Of a stretch of DNA of 64,000 nt, positions 11,449 through 24,800 are shown one piece after another; positions within the stretch are counted from its first letter, which is position 1, and every line of letters starts with the position of its first letter. The DNA is taken from positions 12,961,129 through 13,025,128 of the forward strand of contig CM082576.2 of assembly GCA_040954595.2 (NCBI GenBank), in the 5' to 3' direction. The notes beneath the pieces were generated by a model. It did no database searches. It was not told where the DNA came from and worked only from the letters and a program-made list of their open reading frames with translations. The position numbers and the translations under genes were made by a program. The stretch is from Balanoglossus misakiensis. Its lineage: Eukaryota; Animalia; Hemichordata.

Positions 11449-12454
11449 TAGGACACTGATACCTGACTGTTCAATTCAGATCTAGAATTATATGCACTTT
11501 TAAGCAAAATTAACCATATAAAATAAGTCAATAGGCGATAAGGGGGACATTGTTTTTCACTTTTGACATAACTGTGGTTAGTTTAATATCTTTCGATAGC
11601 TTTAATGTTGTTCACTGAAATATGGTCGATTACTGCTTGTCGCATTTGAACTCACACCCTGTATATGGACGCAATACGAATGCTTTTGATCAGGTAACAT
11701 TTGATCAATCCCCAAAAGTGTTCTGTAGTAGTATTCAGATGTTATGACCGTATTACGGAGTGGGACTCAATATCAGAAGAAACTAAAAACAAACCAATTG
11801 TCAAAAGTGAGTGATTTTCTTCCCTAAAAGTGCCACTGGTATGTTTTATCAACGTAGAAATAGTATACCTGTAGTATATTTGAAATGTAAAAGTATTATA
11901 GCAAAGTATAATATGATGAAAAATAAAAGAGAATTGCACTTATTATGTGAAAGAATTCTGAATACCCATTGAGATTAAAGACAATGTTCAAGTGCACAAT
12001 GCGTGTCTCGACTCAATTTTGTTGGCTGTCATGAACACAGGGCTAGACCAAATGGGAGAACTGTATATCCTAAATTTATGGTATCCTTCATTTCCGTTTT
12101 CTGGTGTCTAAAATTGCCACCACATTCATCTGCCTGATTGTTATCGATACTTACACTGAGAGAAAGGAAGAATATGTAAGGTGTAACTCCAAACATTATT
12201 GATTTATATTTGGGGTCTTTTGTAATAAAATGGGTCTTTCTCTCAAACACCCCAGGGGAAGCCAGTGGCATGTTTCAACTATTTGATTGCATTTTATCTA
12301 TAATAAGTTGTAAAAATGACGTTGGGAACAGAAAACCTGTTCTCAATAGACAAGTGTCATGTTTAGAGAGGTGTCCGTAAGGACAGATTTTTCAAGACAA
12401 AAGTCACAGTTTGAATAGAATATTACCTGACTATTAAAGACACCTCTCTATTAA

Positions 12455-12801
12455 AGGGACAAAGTCTCTCTCTCGCTGGCCTTTTTCCATTAATTATGTT
12501 TGATACAAGACGCCGTTTATGTTATTCTACATGTGGATATATGGTAAATCAACATTCAACCACACACAACTTCCATCCCACTTGTATGATATGAGAGTAA
12601 AAACTCGCCCAAAATGAATAAATGGTAAAGAACGATTATTCATTTTGGCGAGTTTTTTCACTCTCCAGTCTATAAGAGGGATGGAAGATGTGTGTGGTTG
12701 AACGTTCATTCACTATATATCCTCATGTAGAATAACAAACGTTGTCTCTTATCAAATATAATTAATGGAAAAAAGGGCAGCGAGAGAGAGACTTTGTCCC
12801 T
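12455..12801. mobile_element. Complete 347-bp palindromic MITE (Kolobok-like, TTAA target-site duplication) nested in an older repeat
   Basis: TTAA at 12451-12454 and 12802-12805; ~135-bp imperfect terminal inverted repeats agggacaaagtctctctctcgc.../...gcgagagagagactttgtccct; partial copies at 1-108, 20117-20327 and 35481-35587. Confidence 0.88.
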
Positions 12802-14504
12802 TTAAGGACAGATTTTCTGTTCCCATTGGTGTCCTTATTTAATAGACAGATTTCACTGTACACCATTTTCCGCTTTCCAGGGAGACATGACGTTATCAAA
12901 GTCCTGCCGAACCCAGGAGAATTTAATAATGAGGTCAGCTGGAGATGAGCAAGAATACGAGGAGTCACGTACGCACCAATGTATGATCACTGCCAATACA
13001 ATGATTCGGTCGATTGAACTCCAAATCGATGTGATACGGAAGGCAATTTCTCAGTTTATGGATACCTCTTTCTTTTACAAGAAAAAGGGGAAAAAAGAAA
13101 GTTATTTAGGTCAGGGCCATATCTAACTTTTCGAGTGAATAAAAGCATTGTCCTCAGAGGTATCACGGGGTGCGTGGACGGCAAAAGACACAACTGGTGA
13201 AGGTTACCCCAAATTTACACAATCTAGGCCTGCATGGTGGCAAAGGGAACGTCTCAGTCCAGGACAATGAATAGTGGAACTAACTGTTTGATCTTGGCAA
13301 GGGAAGCCATGATATTGTATACAAGAAATAAACAAAACGCCAAGCATGGAGAGAAAACAGAAGTACATTTGTAGTTCAGTTTTATTTTGTTTTGTTTTAC
13401 TTCAACCGGGAAAGTTAAAACAAAAAACTTAACGAGAAATGGCCGAAATATTTCCGAAATGTTTGCAAAACCGGCAGTATTTGCCGTTTTCAAAACATGA
13501 ACACAAATATTTATTCCCTGGCTACGTTTTCAGTGGACGATTCGACAAAGACATCGGAAAACTTCACTGAAATATATTTCCACGGCAGTCGAGCAAATTA
13601 TGGCAAGGGTGGTGATCTTAGAGAAAGTTCATCATACAAAGAGATTAATTTAAGTGAAAATTATTTCAAATGTCCGTTGATTTAAAATATTTTCGTTCAA
13701 AACGCACAACCTAGCCGCGAAATTCACGCGTCAATACGCATACCCGTACGCCACTTTCTGTCGTCAGATGTACGCGTAATTACGTGCAATTAAACCTATC
13801 CAGACAGTGTGCCTATTGCGGCCGAAGTCACTCGCTAAATCTGAGTAGTTTCGGGTTTTCACTTGCTAATTATTTCATTCGAGTCGTGGGGGGATACATG
13901 TACCAACTTAAACATTCCTGTCATAGTTGTGAACCCTTTGAAACAATGTCAATGATGAACATTTCGCATTGCTTTTGTTTTTGTCAGAAATTGTTTCCGC
14001 ATTGTTATATTTTAAAAGCATGCGGTAACGTGGTTAAAAAAAAGGAACTCATTTGCATGACTGTCACAGATGTTCATTGAATTCGAAACAACAAAACAAT
14101 ATACTTAACAAATGCCAATCGCGTTTTATCTGCATTGGATTTGAGTGATTCGTGTGAACATAAAACAAATTTATTTTTTTGGCAGGATGCCACATGGTGC
14201 GATCTGAAACTGATTAATTTAAATATGCAGTGAGGTTGTGTTCGTTATCTCGAGATGCCCATATTTGCATTTACCGTGTCAAGACAGTGCCACCAGTATC
14301 CATGAGCAAGGACCCTGGTAAAATGTTTACCCAACCTGAAGTAATCTGCACTGTTCCACACTTGGTATATAATCAGTAATCAGTATACATACTCCATACA
14401 GCGAGATGATTTCTTTACAAAAATATCATTCGTTGCATACCTGTCATACTTGTCAACAGAAAAACATTACTTGTTTAACATATTTTTTAACAAAGAAAGA
14501 AACC

Positions 14505-14560
14505 AACAGACAAACAAACAAACAAACAAACAAACAAACAAACAAACAAACAAACAAACA
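14505..14560. repeat. (AAAC)n microsatellite
   Basis: Directly visible array. Confidence 0.9.
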
Positions 14561-15397
14561 GGCAAACGAACACTGCTATTTTGTCAAATAAATACAAAAC
14601 ACCTAATCGCTCATTCTTTATTTAATTAAAAATTTTAACAAAGAAGGACAAAGCGGTCCCTGTGGTAAGGGTAGCTGAAGTACCGCAGCCCGAGGTCTAT
14701 AGGTTTTGTCTGCTATTGTGTGAACGGCTAGTTTTGCATGCACACACACTATTAGCTGCGGAAACACAACCAGCACAATACACACTTCTAGCACAATACA
14801 AGTTCGAGTTACCATCACGGCCATTGACCTTTTTACATCCACGGTCACTCCACAAAGGACAGTGCTGCAGGTATCGTAGGAGAGGCCTCCCAGTAGTATA
14901 GTCTATGTTTTAAGATGAGATGAGATGAGATGTCGATATGATATGGCTGTCGATAACAAGACGAGCCCAGGTGCTGGTTAGGATCAACTCTGGCCACCAC
15001 CTTCAAACTTGGGTGAAACTGGCACTGGATATTAGCTATAGCTTTCTTCGAAATACAATAATCATTTCTTTGGTCTTTAAAATTACATAATTTTGGTCGC
15101 AAACTACCCATCTGATCAGTCTCGTCATCACCACCAAGTCACGGACTCAGGCAGGGCAGAATCATCCGAAATTTTCAATAAAGGCTATTGACGATCTACA
15201 AATTAGCTGTGTATAGTCCACGTATGTGAATCATTTGAGAGGGGCTAAAGTGACTGTCGTATCTATTGTTTAAAACCGCTTTCAACATGTTCACAGTGTC
15301 TCTCCCCCCCCCCCACGTCCGAATGGCTAAAGGTATTTGACACGTTGGTATTTGACGAGCAAGGTGACGACAGCCTCGTTTTGGATGTACAATGTAC

Positions 15398-15536
15398 TAT
15401 AAATACAAGCCCGGCCGTAGCCCACATCGTAGTTCGTACGCCGATCAAGGCCGAGTGTTGTCGTTGACTGACTGCCCTGCGTGTCTCAACGTGGATCGGA
15501 GGACATCTCCAGGACCTTACAGACGGTGCGAGTGTA
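15398..15536 (+). promoter_or_regulatory. Candidate TATA promoter and non-coding first exon of calpain 2
   Basis: TATAAATA at 15398-15405, an Inr-like cgtagtt about 30 nt downstream, gtaagt donor at 15537, and an acceptor (cacacag, ending 15838) before the ATG at 15872. Confidence 0.5.
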
Positions 15537-15871
15537 GTAAGTGTATCTCTGTTGAACTTGATCACCTTTGCAGTTTGGTTTGGTTATATTAGTAAAATGT
15601 CATAAAAGTGATCGGATTCTACATGTACAAAACTGCATATGAAATGCAGTATTCGAAGTTCAAGCATGGGCGTGGTTTATGAACACACTTTTATTTTGGC
15701 GATGTTTGATACCGAAACACTTGTTAGCCTAGATCGAGCTCGAACATCAAGCACGCCACGCCCTCGTATGCGCTCATTGATCCTACATTAATTCACCTCA
15801 CCCCATCTCACGCAGATATTGCATTTTTACCCACACAGAAACGTTAAAAGAGTAAACTCAAGTCTGGAAAA

Positions 15872-18800
15872 ATGGCTTCAAAGCAGGGGAAATATTTCCG
15901 CAACCAAAACTATGACGAAATAAAAAGAGAGTGTTTATCAAAGAATGAACTTTGGGAGGATCCCGAGTTCCCCGCAGTTGACTCTTCGATGTTCTTTAGC
16001 AAAGCCCCTCCAAGGAAGTTTGAATGGAAAAGACCCGGGGTGAGTAATTTATTTACAGGACTTGATAGTTTAAAGGCGAAGTTGATCTCCATACGCTCTG
16101 CATGTGTTCATGAATATGCGCCTATAGGTTGACTGCGATAATGTTTTACTTACACAACTTCTATTATTATGCGACTTTGAGAAAGAACCTTGAAGTTGTA
16201 CTATTGAATGGTGACCTGAAAACCGTACGTCTATGCCTGAATGCTTTGCACTCTGTAGAATGAATTTTAGGAGGTGCCGTTAAACGATAGCCGGGCGTCT
16301 GTCGGCTAAAAACACCCAACTGTAATTTTTCTTTGAAGAAATGGTCCCTTGTTGAACGACTGTGTAGTACAATAACCACGCCATTCAGAAAGCAATCACT
16401 GTTCAAATTCTTTTCAGAGATTTGAACAAAAAGAAAAAAACGAAAAACAAGGTTGTTAACCCGTTGCAACACAGCCCTCGTGCATAACAATGCACAGTGG
16501 GGGCCAGAACATTTCTATGACAACTTCATTATGATACCGAATGCGGTGTGGTTGTCTTTTTTTTTTCAGAATTAGCTTTAAAATGGTTGAACATTGACTG
16601 TGTCAAGTAAAACTCTTTTTAGTGCCGAAAATTTATGTTTCAATGAAAATTATGCTAGGCAAATACTGTGTTCGGAAAGTTTTCATTCGACATTACGTCA
16701 TTGTAAGCAGCTTTTGTGCTTTTTACACTTTCTGTTTCTACGTCACTGCTTTGACATATGTCCAAGTTAATGTTTGGCTTCTTTGCAGCCAAATGTCGCT
16801 GAACTTACATTTATACTACAACCCTAGAAGCATTATCAATGACCCGATCGATTTTGGTACAATTCGCTCCATATAGCACTCGCCTAGCTCGTGCTATATG
16901 TCTCGAATTGTACCAAAATCTCGTGTATACCCGCATGCGGCGGGGGTTATTGCTGAAATATAATACGCTACGAAGGTTACGCTACGATAGGGAATACGAC
17001 AGGGTTGGGTAGTCTCGGTAACCCAGACTTCTCTGGGTGCTTCCGCTGTAGCGCACGACTCGCCCCCTTGCAACCTGTGCGAGTGAGCTAAGCTATACTG
17101 CTTATACATTTTTACACCAGGCATCTGTATACATACCATATCTAAATACTAAGCACCTTGCCGCTCGGGGATTTTTGGTCGATTTTTAAAAAATCTCTGT
17201 AAAGCTTCTATGGATGTGTATCTATCAAATGAGCTTTGTCTAAATCACGAAATTCTTACTCAGTAGTTCGTTAACACTGCCCTGAACAAAATCACAAGTG
17301 TAAATGGCAATTGGAGTTAAAATACATGTATGTGTGTTTCTAAACGTTATGCAACCATTCCCATAAATTTACTAAATTACTTGCGAGTGAAAGGGCTGAA
17401 CTCGTTACTATAGTGACGATATTTACATCACAATCCGAGCCACGTCGATCATGCGACGCGTACACGTCATGGTAGTATGTACCATGTTTTTAAATGACTG
17501 CATGTCCTGCTGGTCGTTAGGTAACATCAAAGGGATATATTCACGGGAAGTGGAAAAATATTTATATTATGGAAACTGAACAATATCTAAGCTTTCAGAA
17601 TAAAAATACATATACTTTAATGGGATTCTGAATTCAATAATTACCAGAAAAATGTTTATTTCAAAGAGTGAATTTCTCATTTGAATCCTAAGGCAAAAAA
17701 ATACGTGCTGTTCCGATTACCCGACCTACCCTAGTTTTTACCCACCTACCCTAAACTTTTTAAGTTAAAATACCTGACAATGTCAAATATACAAACTTTG
17801 TGAAACTTGCGCAAACTACGCAAGAATATATCATAAATTCCCGTACCTACCTAGACCCACCCTATTTGTGTAAAACATGCATATTTAATCAGAACAGCAC
17901 ATATTATTTTAGAGGCCTTAATACGAGAAAATGGCTGACCATGATTGAACATAATCAGTTGTTTTCACACGTCATAATCAATATACTTATCGCCCATAAT
18001 TATTTTTGTTTCCTTTTTCTTTCTTGCAGGAGATCGTATCGGACCCACATCTATTTGTTGCTGGTGCCACTCGATTTGATGTGGAGCAGGGAATGCTTGG
18101 TAAGTCACAGATCTATCAAATACATTTTTTCTATAGCAGCAAGTTCCAAGGTTTGTTCTCAAAATAATGAACTCATATGAGGGAGCATGAGGGATGCCCT
18201 CAGTGTCCATCAGGGCCCTTTATTGATCACGCATGCGCCTTATCATCACAGTTAGTTTTCATAGCGTTTCTGACTTGTTCAAGCTGGGAGCTTTGTCATA
18301 CCACCAAATTGCCCGGATCTTTAAGCCTCATAAGCTGTAATTTTTCGCTGTGTTTGCAGCACTTTTGTTTTGTTTATCTACTGCAATTTCCTTTTCAAAT
18401 TCCAGATACAGGATAAAATCCCGACATTTGTAGCTTTATATCAACACAACCTATAGTCGGTATTGTTAATTTGCATTCAAGTCCGGACTATAATTCATTT
18501 GTCAACAATAACAATGGCCATACACACACACGGGCTACCTTGATAAGTTGAGTACTGGGTATTTTAGTATGCTGCTTAGAGTAGAGCAAGACATTGCATT
18601 TGATACAAAGAACAAACAGCGCCCTCACGCAGCCATTATGAATTTGAATTCAGAGCGAGGCCAATGGGGGACAACCCCCCCCCCCCCCAAAAAAAAATAC
18701 GCGCAATGCAATTCTTGACATTTCCCGCCTTTACGTGATCAATGGTTTATGGTTCGTTTCAAACGGTTGTAAGGGACTGTTCAGGTTGGCCGCATAAAAA

Positions 18801-21800
18801 AGTGTGCCGCTAAATGATCATTCAGAGACTTTAAGGCACGGTATACGTAAATTAGAGGTGACTGTATAGTGTATACTTTTGAAGCAAACACGCCAAAAAA
18901 CATCAATTAATGTGACTTACACATTTTTTTAATTTCCTCTTCTAACTTCCCAGGTGATTGTTGGCTCTTGGCAGCCATCGCTTCCTTGTCGATGCAGGAG
19001 AAGTTGATGTACCGTGTCATTCAACCAGATCAGAGTTTCTCCAAAGACTATGCCGGCATCGTTTACTTTCAGTTCTGGAGGTTTGGCGAGTGGGTTACAG
19101 TCTGCGTTGATGACAGGTTGCCGACGTACAACGGAAAACTGGTCTTCGTCCATTCCAAGGAAAACAATGAATTCTGGAGTGCTCTACTGGAGAAAGCGTA
19201 TGCCAAGTAAGATTGCACACCCAGCCGTGTCTGACCACGTGGAAGCTGCACGTGCTGATAAAAGTTCTGCAGGACACTCGGAAAGGAAAAAAAACCAGAC
19301 TGCTGAAACCAACTTGTATTTTTGTAACATTCTTCTGGAATTGCTACCACATATTCAAATTAAGCGTGGTTGTTGGTGTTGCTTAGCTCTGGGCAACAGC
19401 AGCACCAGTAGGCAGTGGAAATTGACAAGGGGAAATCACACTCTTAGGCAGGGGGTCGAATCGAACTTTGCCGCAATTGTATACTGCTTCAAGGTTGGCA
19501 TGTTTCCTTAAAAATATTTCACAATATAGTTTCCTCATCACTTTATCGCATGAAGTTTTCCTTGAATCTCATGTAAAGGGCCTAATAATGTTTCTTTGTA
19601 TGGATCCATTGCAATTGGAATCCCATAACGATGCATGTCATAGGACACCTCATTTGAATAGTTATTTGATCTAGTTGGACTGAGAATTACTGAACTGTAA
19701 CAACGCACTCTGTTAGGTTATGGTTACAGGTGTGTACTATTGATGTTGACTTGCAGAATGCATGGTTCCTATGAAGCCCTCAAAGGTGGTCAAACCATAG
19801 AGGCCATGGAGGATTTCACGGGCGGCTGTGCCGAAACCTTCCAAACGAGCAAGGCACCAGAGAACTTCTTCAAAATCTGCCAGACCGGAATGGCCAGGTC
19901 TTCCCTGTTGGGCTGTTCCATCAATGCTAAACCCAACGAAATTGAAGCCAGATTGGACAATGGACTGATCAAGGGCCATGCCTACAGTATCACCGATCTC
20001 AAGCAGGTAGCACCGAGTCTCTCCTCATGCAGAAAAGGTTGGGGGAACGACACAGGTCAAGCAAGAATTCAGATAACCACTTTTTCAAGTTTGATGCATC
20101 TATGAAGCCCATGCGGAAAAAACTCGCCAAAATGAATAATCGGTGTTTACCATTTATTCATTTGGGCGAGATTTAAACTCTCATATCCTACAAACGGGTT
20201 GGAAGTTGTGTGGTCGAACATTAATTCACTATAATTACATCCACATGTAGAATAACATAAACGGTGTCTTTTATCAAACATAATTAATGGAAAAAGGACA
20301 GCAAGAGAGAGACTCTGTATCTTTAATATAACTGCGACTTTGTATATTTGATAAAGCTAAATTTACAGTCTCTGTACATATCTGCTCAACCGCAGGGACA
20401 TGCGCAGTTCATATCTGGTTAACTTTCTGGGGGGGGGGTGCTTGCTGATGCAGTGAATTTCAAAGTGTAAGAATCTTTAAATTTGGGATCGTTTATGACA
20501 CCAGTTTTCTTTTTCTCCGACCAGTTGACAGTGAACACCAGACGAGGTCGTGTGCCGGTGTCCTTGGTGCGTGTGCGTAACCCATGGGGAAATGCAAGGG
20601 AATGGACAGGGGCATGGGGTGACGGGTAAGTGCATATAATTATGGAGATTCACTTGTGGTTTAAGTAGAGTGCAGTTTGAGGATAATTTTGTTGGGAGAG
20701 TTTGTTAAAACAACAATCACACCCAGGCTGTGGGCATAAAATGTTAACACTTTTACCAAAATTACCCATACACAAAGTATATACTATGGTATTTGTTATA
20801 TGCAAAGTATCATTGTTTTTACCAGGATAGGTACTGAACAGTACGGTTTGAGTATGGAAAAATATACATAGATTACAGTAAGAATGTACATGAAAACTAT
20901 ATTAATTCAGAATCCAAGTGTACTTTAAGTGTCATGTATCATTTTATGGAACTTTATTTCCGTAATAAGTATAAACGTTTATTTGTATATGTGCATGCGG
21001 CAAATTATGCAAAACATTGTAAGTGCCTTTTATGTCCAGGAGAGGTGTGAGGGCGCACCTCCAAGTCAGTAAGTTTATACCGTACGCAACCTGTAAATAA
21101 ACAAAACTATATCGCACAAAATAATTCTCTTGAGCAAATTTCATTGATATTTTATCAACATGAGCATTACATGTACACCCCTAAATGTTTTACCTTTTTC
21201 GCTTAATTACAAGCTCTGATGAGTGGGGCTTCATTTCAGAGGAGGAAAAGACTGAACTTGGACTGGTGTTCGAAGACGATGGAGAGTTTTGGTGAGACAT
21301 TCTTAATACCAGTTGTAGCTCCCATTTTCCAGATGTAAATTTAACGTGCATGTGGTTTGTATTTGGGCTGGAAGAGTTTGTATTTAGCATGTATATACAC
21401 ATTTTCGTCACACATTTTTTGAGAACTACCAGAAAAGCATCCATATCTTAACCATGACCAAGAGTTTTATGACGTCATTCATTCAGAGAGGGTTGAAGCT
21501 TGAACCACCTGATATCCTGGTGGACATTTGGTAACCATTCTCCATATAGTATGAGAATGTGCACACCATGCATGTTTGTACTGCATGTGTACAATACTTC
21601 TTATAGAAAATAGAGCACAATATCATTGCTGCTATTTTTTTATATTTTCAGACTGAGAATCTTGTAAAAGTGACTGTTGTATAGCTTTATGTCCTGGCAT
21701 GTGTGACTGATGACATCCGTAATGTCCAAGTTTTTCTCGAAGTTAAAAGTTTTTTTATCCAAAATTTTGTCTTTGTATTTTCAGGATGCAATGGGAAGAC

Positions 21801-24800
21801 TTTTTGAGGGAATTTACCACTGTTGACATTGTGATGTTGACCCCAGATAGTGCAGGTGACAAAAACGGAAAGGAGTGGGAGACATCTTCCTCTCAGTTGA
21901 GATGGCGGAAAGGAGTATCAGCTGGTGGATGCCGCAATTTCCCTGGTAATTCCTTTTGATTCACAAGTCAAGGCATTCATTCAAATCACTCTTAGGCTAA
22001 CCCTTTCACGCCCACTTCCCTCTAAAGGGGTCAAACTTCACCATGATTTGAACGAAACCATGGTGGTGAAAGGATTAAGAATTCACGATTGGTAAATTCG
22101 AAAGTGTTGTCGGAAGTAAGGATTCTCCATTGTAAGTTTAATAAAAGGTCACTGCTTTGGATTTAGTTGATAATTGTAAAAAAAAAAACTCAGCATTTTT
22201 CACCAATTGTTTTTTTTATGGGTGAACACATCCCAACAAACTGTATTTCAAAATTAAGCATGGTGACCCCAATTTTATTCGACCAATGAATGCAATTTCA
22301 CTTGACTGAGCTATGTATATACATGTATATCCCATGAACCTGCTAACAACAGTATTAAACGCTGTGTAACGCTGCAAACTGATGTCAGCTTAGGCAATCT
22401 CCATCGGTCTAACTTAGCTCAGATATGCCGAAACATATGACAACGAAACATGGCTCGCAAAGAGGTACTTTTTGAAGTTTTAATACTGCTGCCTATAATG
22501 CATGTCTACCCCGCATATAATGCAACATGGAAGCTGCTGGAATATACATTGTAATGGTATTTTTCAAACTATGTCTGCTTTTGTTGTCCCCACTAGCTAC
22601 GTTCCACCTCAATCCACAAGTTAAACTTGTCTTGGAGGATCCAGATGATGATGATGATGACTTATGCACCGTTGTGATTGCCGTCATGCAAAAGGATCGA
22701 CGACGTCAGAAAGAGTTGGGCAAGGGGATGTTGACCATTGGCTTTGCAATTTATAAGGTAAGTGCATGACTGTAGCCAATTGAATGCAATCGTAAGTTTG
22801 CCATCCTTATAGGTAAGTGACTGTATAGGTCAATTGAATGGTAAGTTTGCCAATATTGTTGCCACACTTGAAGATGAATATTCATGTGAAGGCCTTAATG
22901 CAAAGAATTCAAAATAGGAAATCAGCCTTGTGTGTTTGTGTGCTTGTTTCGACACATTCAGTTCACTATTTGTCTTGGGTCAGATTGGCTCACAAGGAGC
23001 CTGAACCCTTTAATCCTGTGTCGAGACAAGCATACATTGTCTGTGTAGTCTCAGTATGTGAGGATGGCCATTGTAATTTTGCCCAAATCACACTTTTCTT
23101 GTTCAGGTTGAAGATGATTCAGACGAGAAACCACCGTTGTCGAAGGATTACTTCCTGTACCATGCTTCCACGGCACGATCCCACACCTTCATCAACGCCC
23201 GTGAAATAAATGGCCGCTTCAAGCTGCCACAGGGCGAGTACGTCGTCGTGCCATCGACCTTTGACCCAAATGAGGAAGGGGACTTTTTAGTGAGGATCTT
23301 CTCGGAGAAACGAAGCACGGCAGAGTGAGTATGGAGTATCCTTTTTTTTCGGAGAGTTTTGGTGTCTTGTTTATCAGTTAGTTTTTGTTTTGTGACTTAA
23401 TTGTTTTTATTGTTTCCCAGATCTGTAAGTGGGTTTGCCCGTTGATCTGTGTAATAAATAAATAAAGTCAGATCCCAGATACTGACTCATCTGTGGAAGT
23501 TTGACTACTGAAAGACCAAGAAAAGAAAAGACGCCACTTTGCAATAGTATAAACAGTGATGTATACTACAGTAGCATGTAAAAATTTCTATTGATATTCA
23601 TTGTCATTGAACCCAGTTCCAGTATATGGCATATGGTGACATTTTTGTCAAGATGCATAAGCACTGACTTACGTTTCCTTCTTTGTGTTCCCAGAGGTGT
23701 TGATGAAACGACCAGAGTAATTGATGTCTCTCCTGAGGTATGCTCAGTGTATTCAATCTATTGAATTCCAATATCTAATGATTATAAATCGAAGCATAAT
23801 TAATGTACATGTCGGCCATCTTGACACTCCTGAGGTCAGAGGTCAGATTGAACTTTTGTCTGAATAGTTGAAGCTGTTTTTCCAAACGTCGAACATAGCA
23901 GCGCAATATTTAGCTGTAGTCTTTAATAGCAACAATTTCGTGGATTAATGATGATTTAGATTATTAATGGTATTATTTGACGAGATATAGAAAGTTCTAG
24001 CATTGTCTTATTCTTCAATACATGAACATTTAACTTCTATGTTGCAGAATGCATTGAGATTTCCTCCGGTCACTCTTTTTAAAATGGTCATTTTTTCCAT
24101 CCCAGTCTGATGTCAGTTTGAATAAACACACAAAACAATTCGTACACAAATGTGGTTTATGTAGTTTCAAAACTATGGTTCGCTTTAACATATTCTTGAA
24201 GAGTTTAAGTTCGTGAAGTGGGTCTGAAGTGAAACGAAACATCTGGGACATTTAGTTTATACACAATGGGTTAAACATCTTTTGCTTTACTTTTTCCTGA
24301 TATAACTACAGGCTCGGGCTCCTACGAGTGCAGAAGAAAAACAACAAGAAGACAGATTCACGTTATTCTTCAACAAAGTGGCCGGAAATGTAAGTACATT
24401 ATGAACACTGTGGTGTGGGGGAATGTTTGTCACACTGAAGGCACTGACGTTGTATGTGTCGTGGAACTATAGACAGCACTGAGACACAAATGGAGCTGAC
24501 TGGGAAATATTTCAGACGCAGTTACCGTCTCTGTGTTTAAACCGTCTGTTACAAGTAATCCTAGGGACGGAATTTGAAACTGGGAATGCCGGTGAATATA
24601 CAGAATTCAAATCTGGATAAATAGCCACACACGCACGTGCATATACAGCCTGTTGTCACGCAGAACAGTAGGAAATTAATCTGGCATGCTGCAGTCGATC
24701 AAGAAATTACTAGTAGTGTTGAAACTGTCAGAACACAAACACTGAAAAAGGCACACTTTTACAGGTAATAGACCAATCTCCCTCATATTTCGCCATCACC

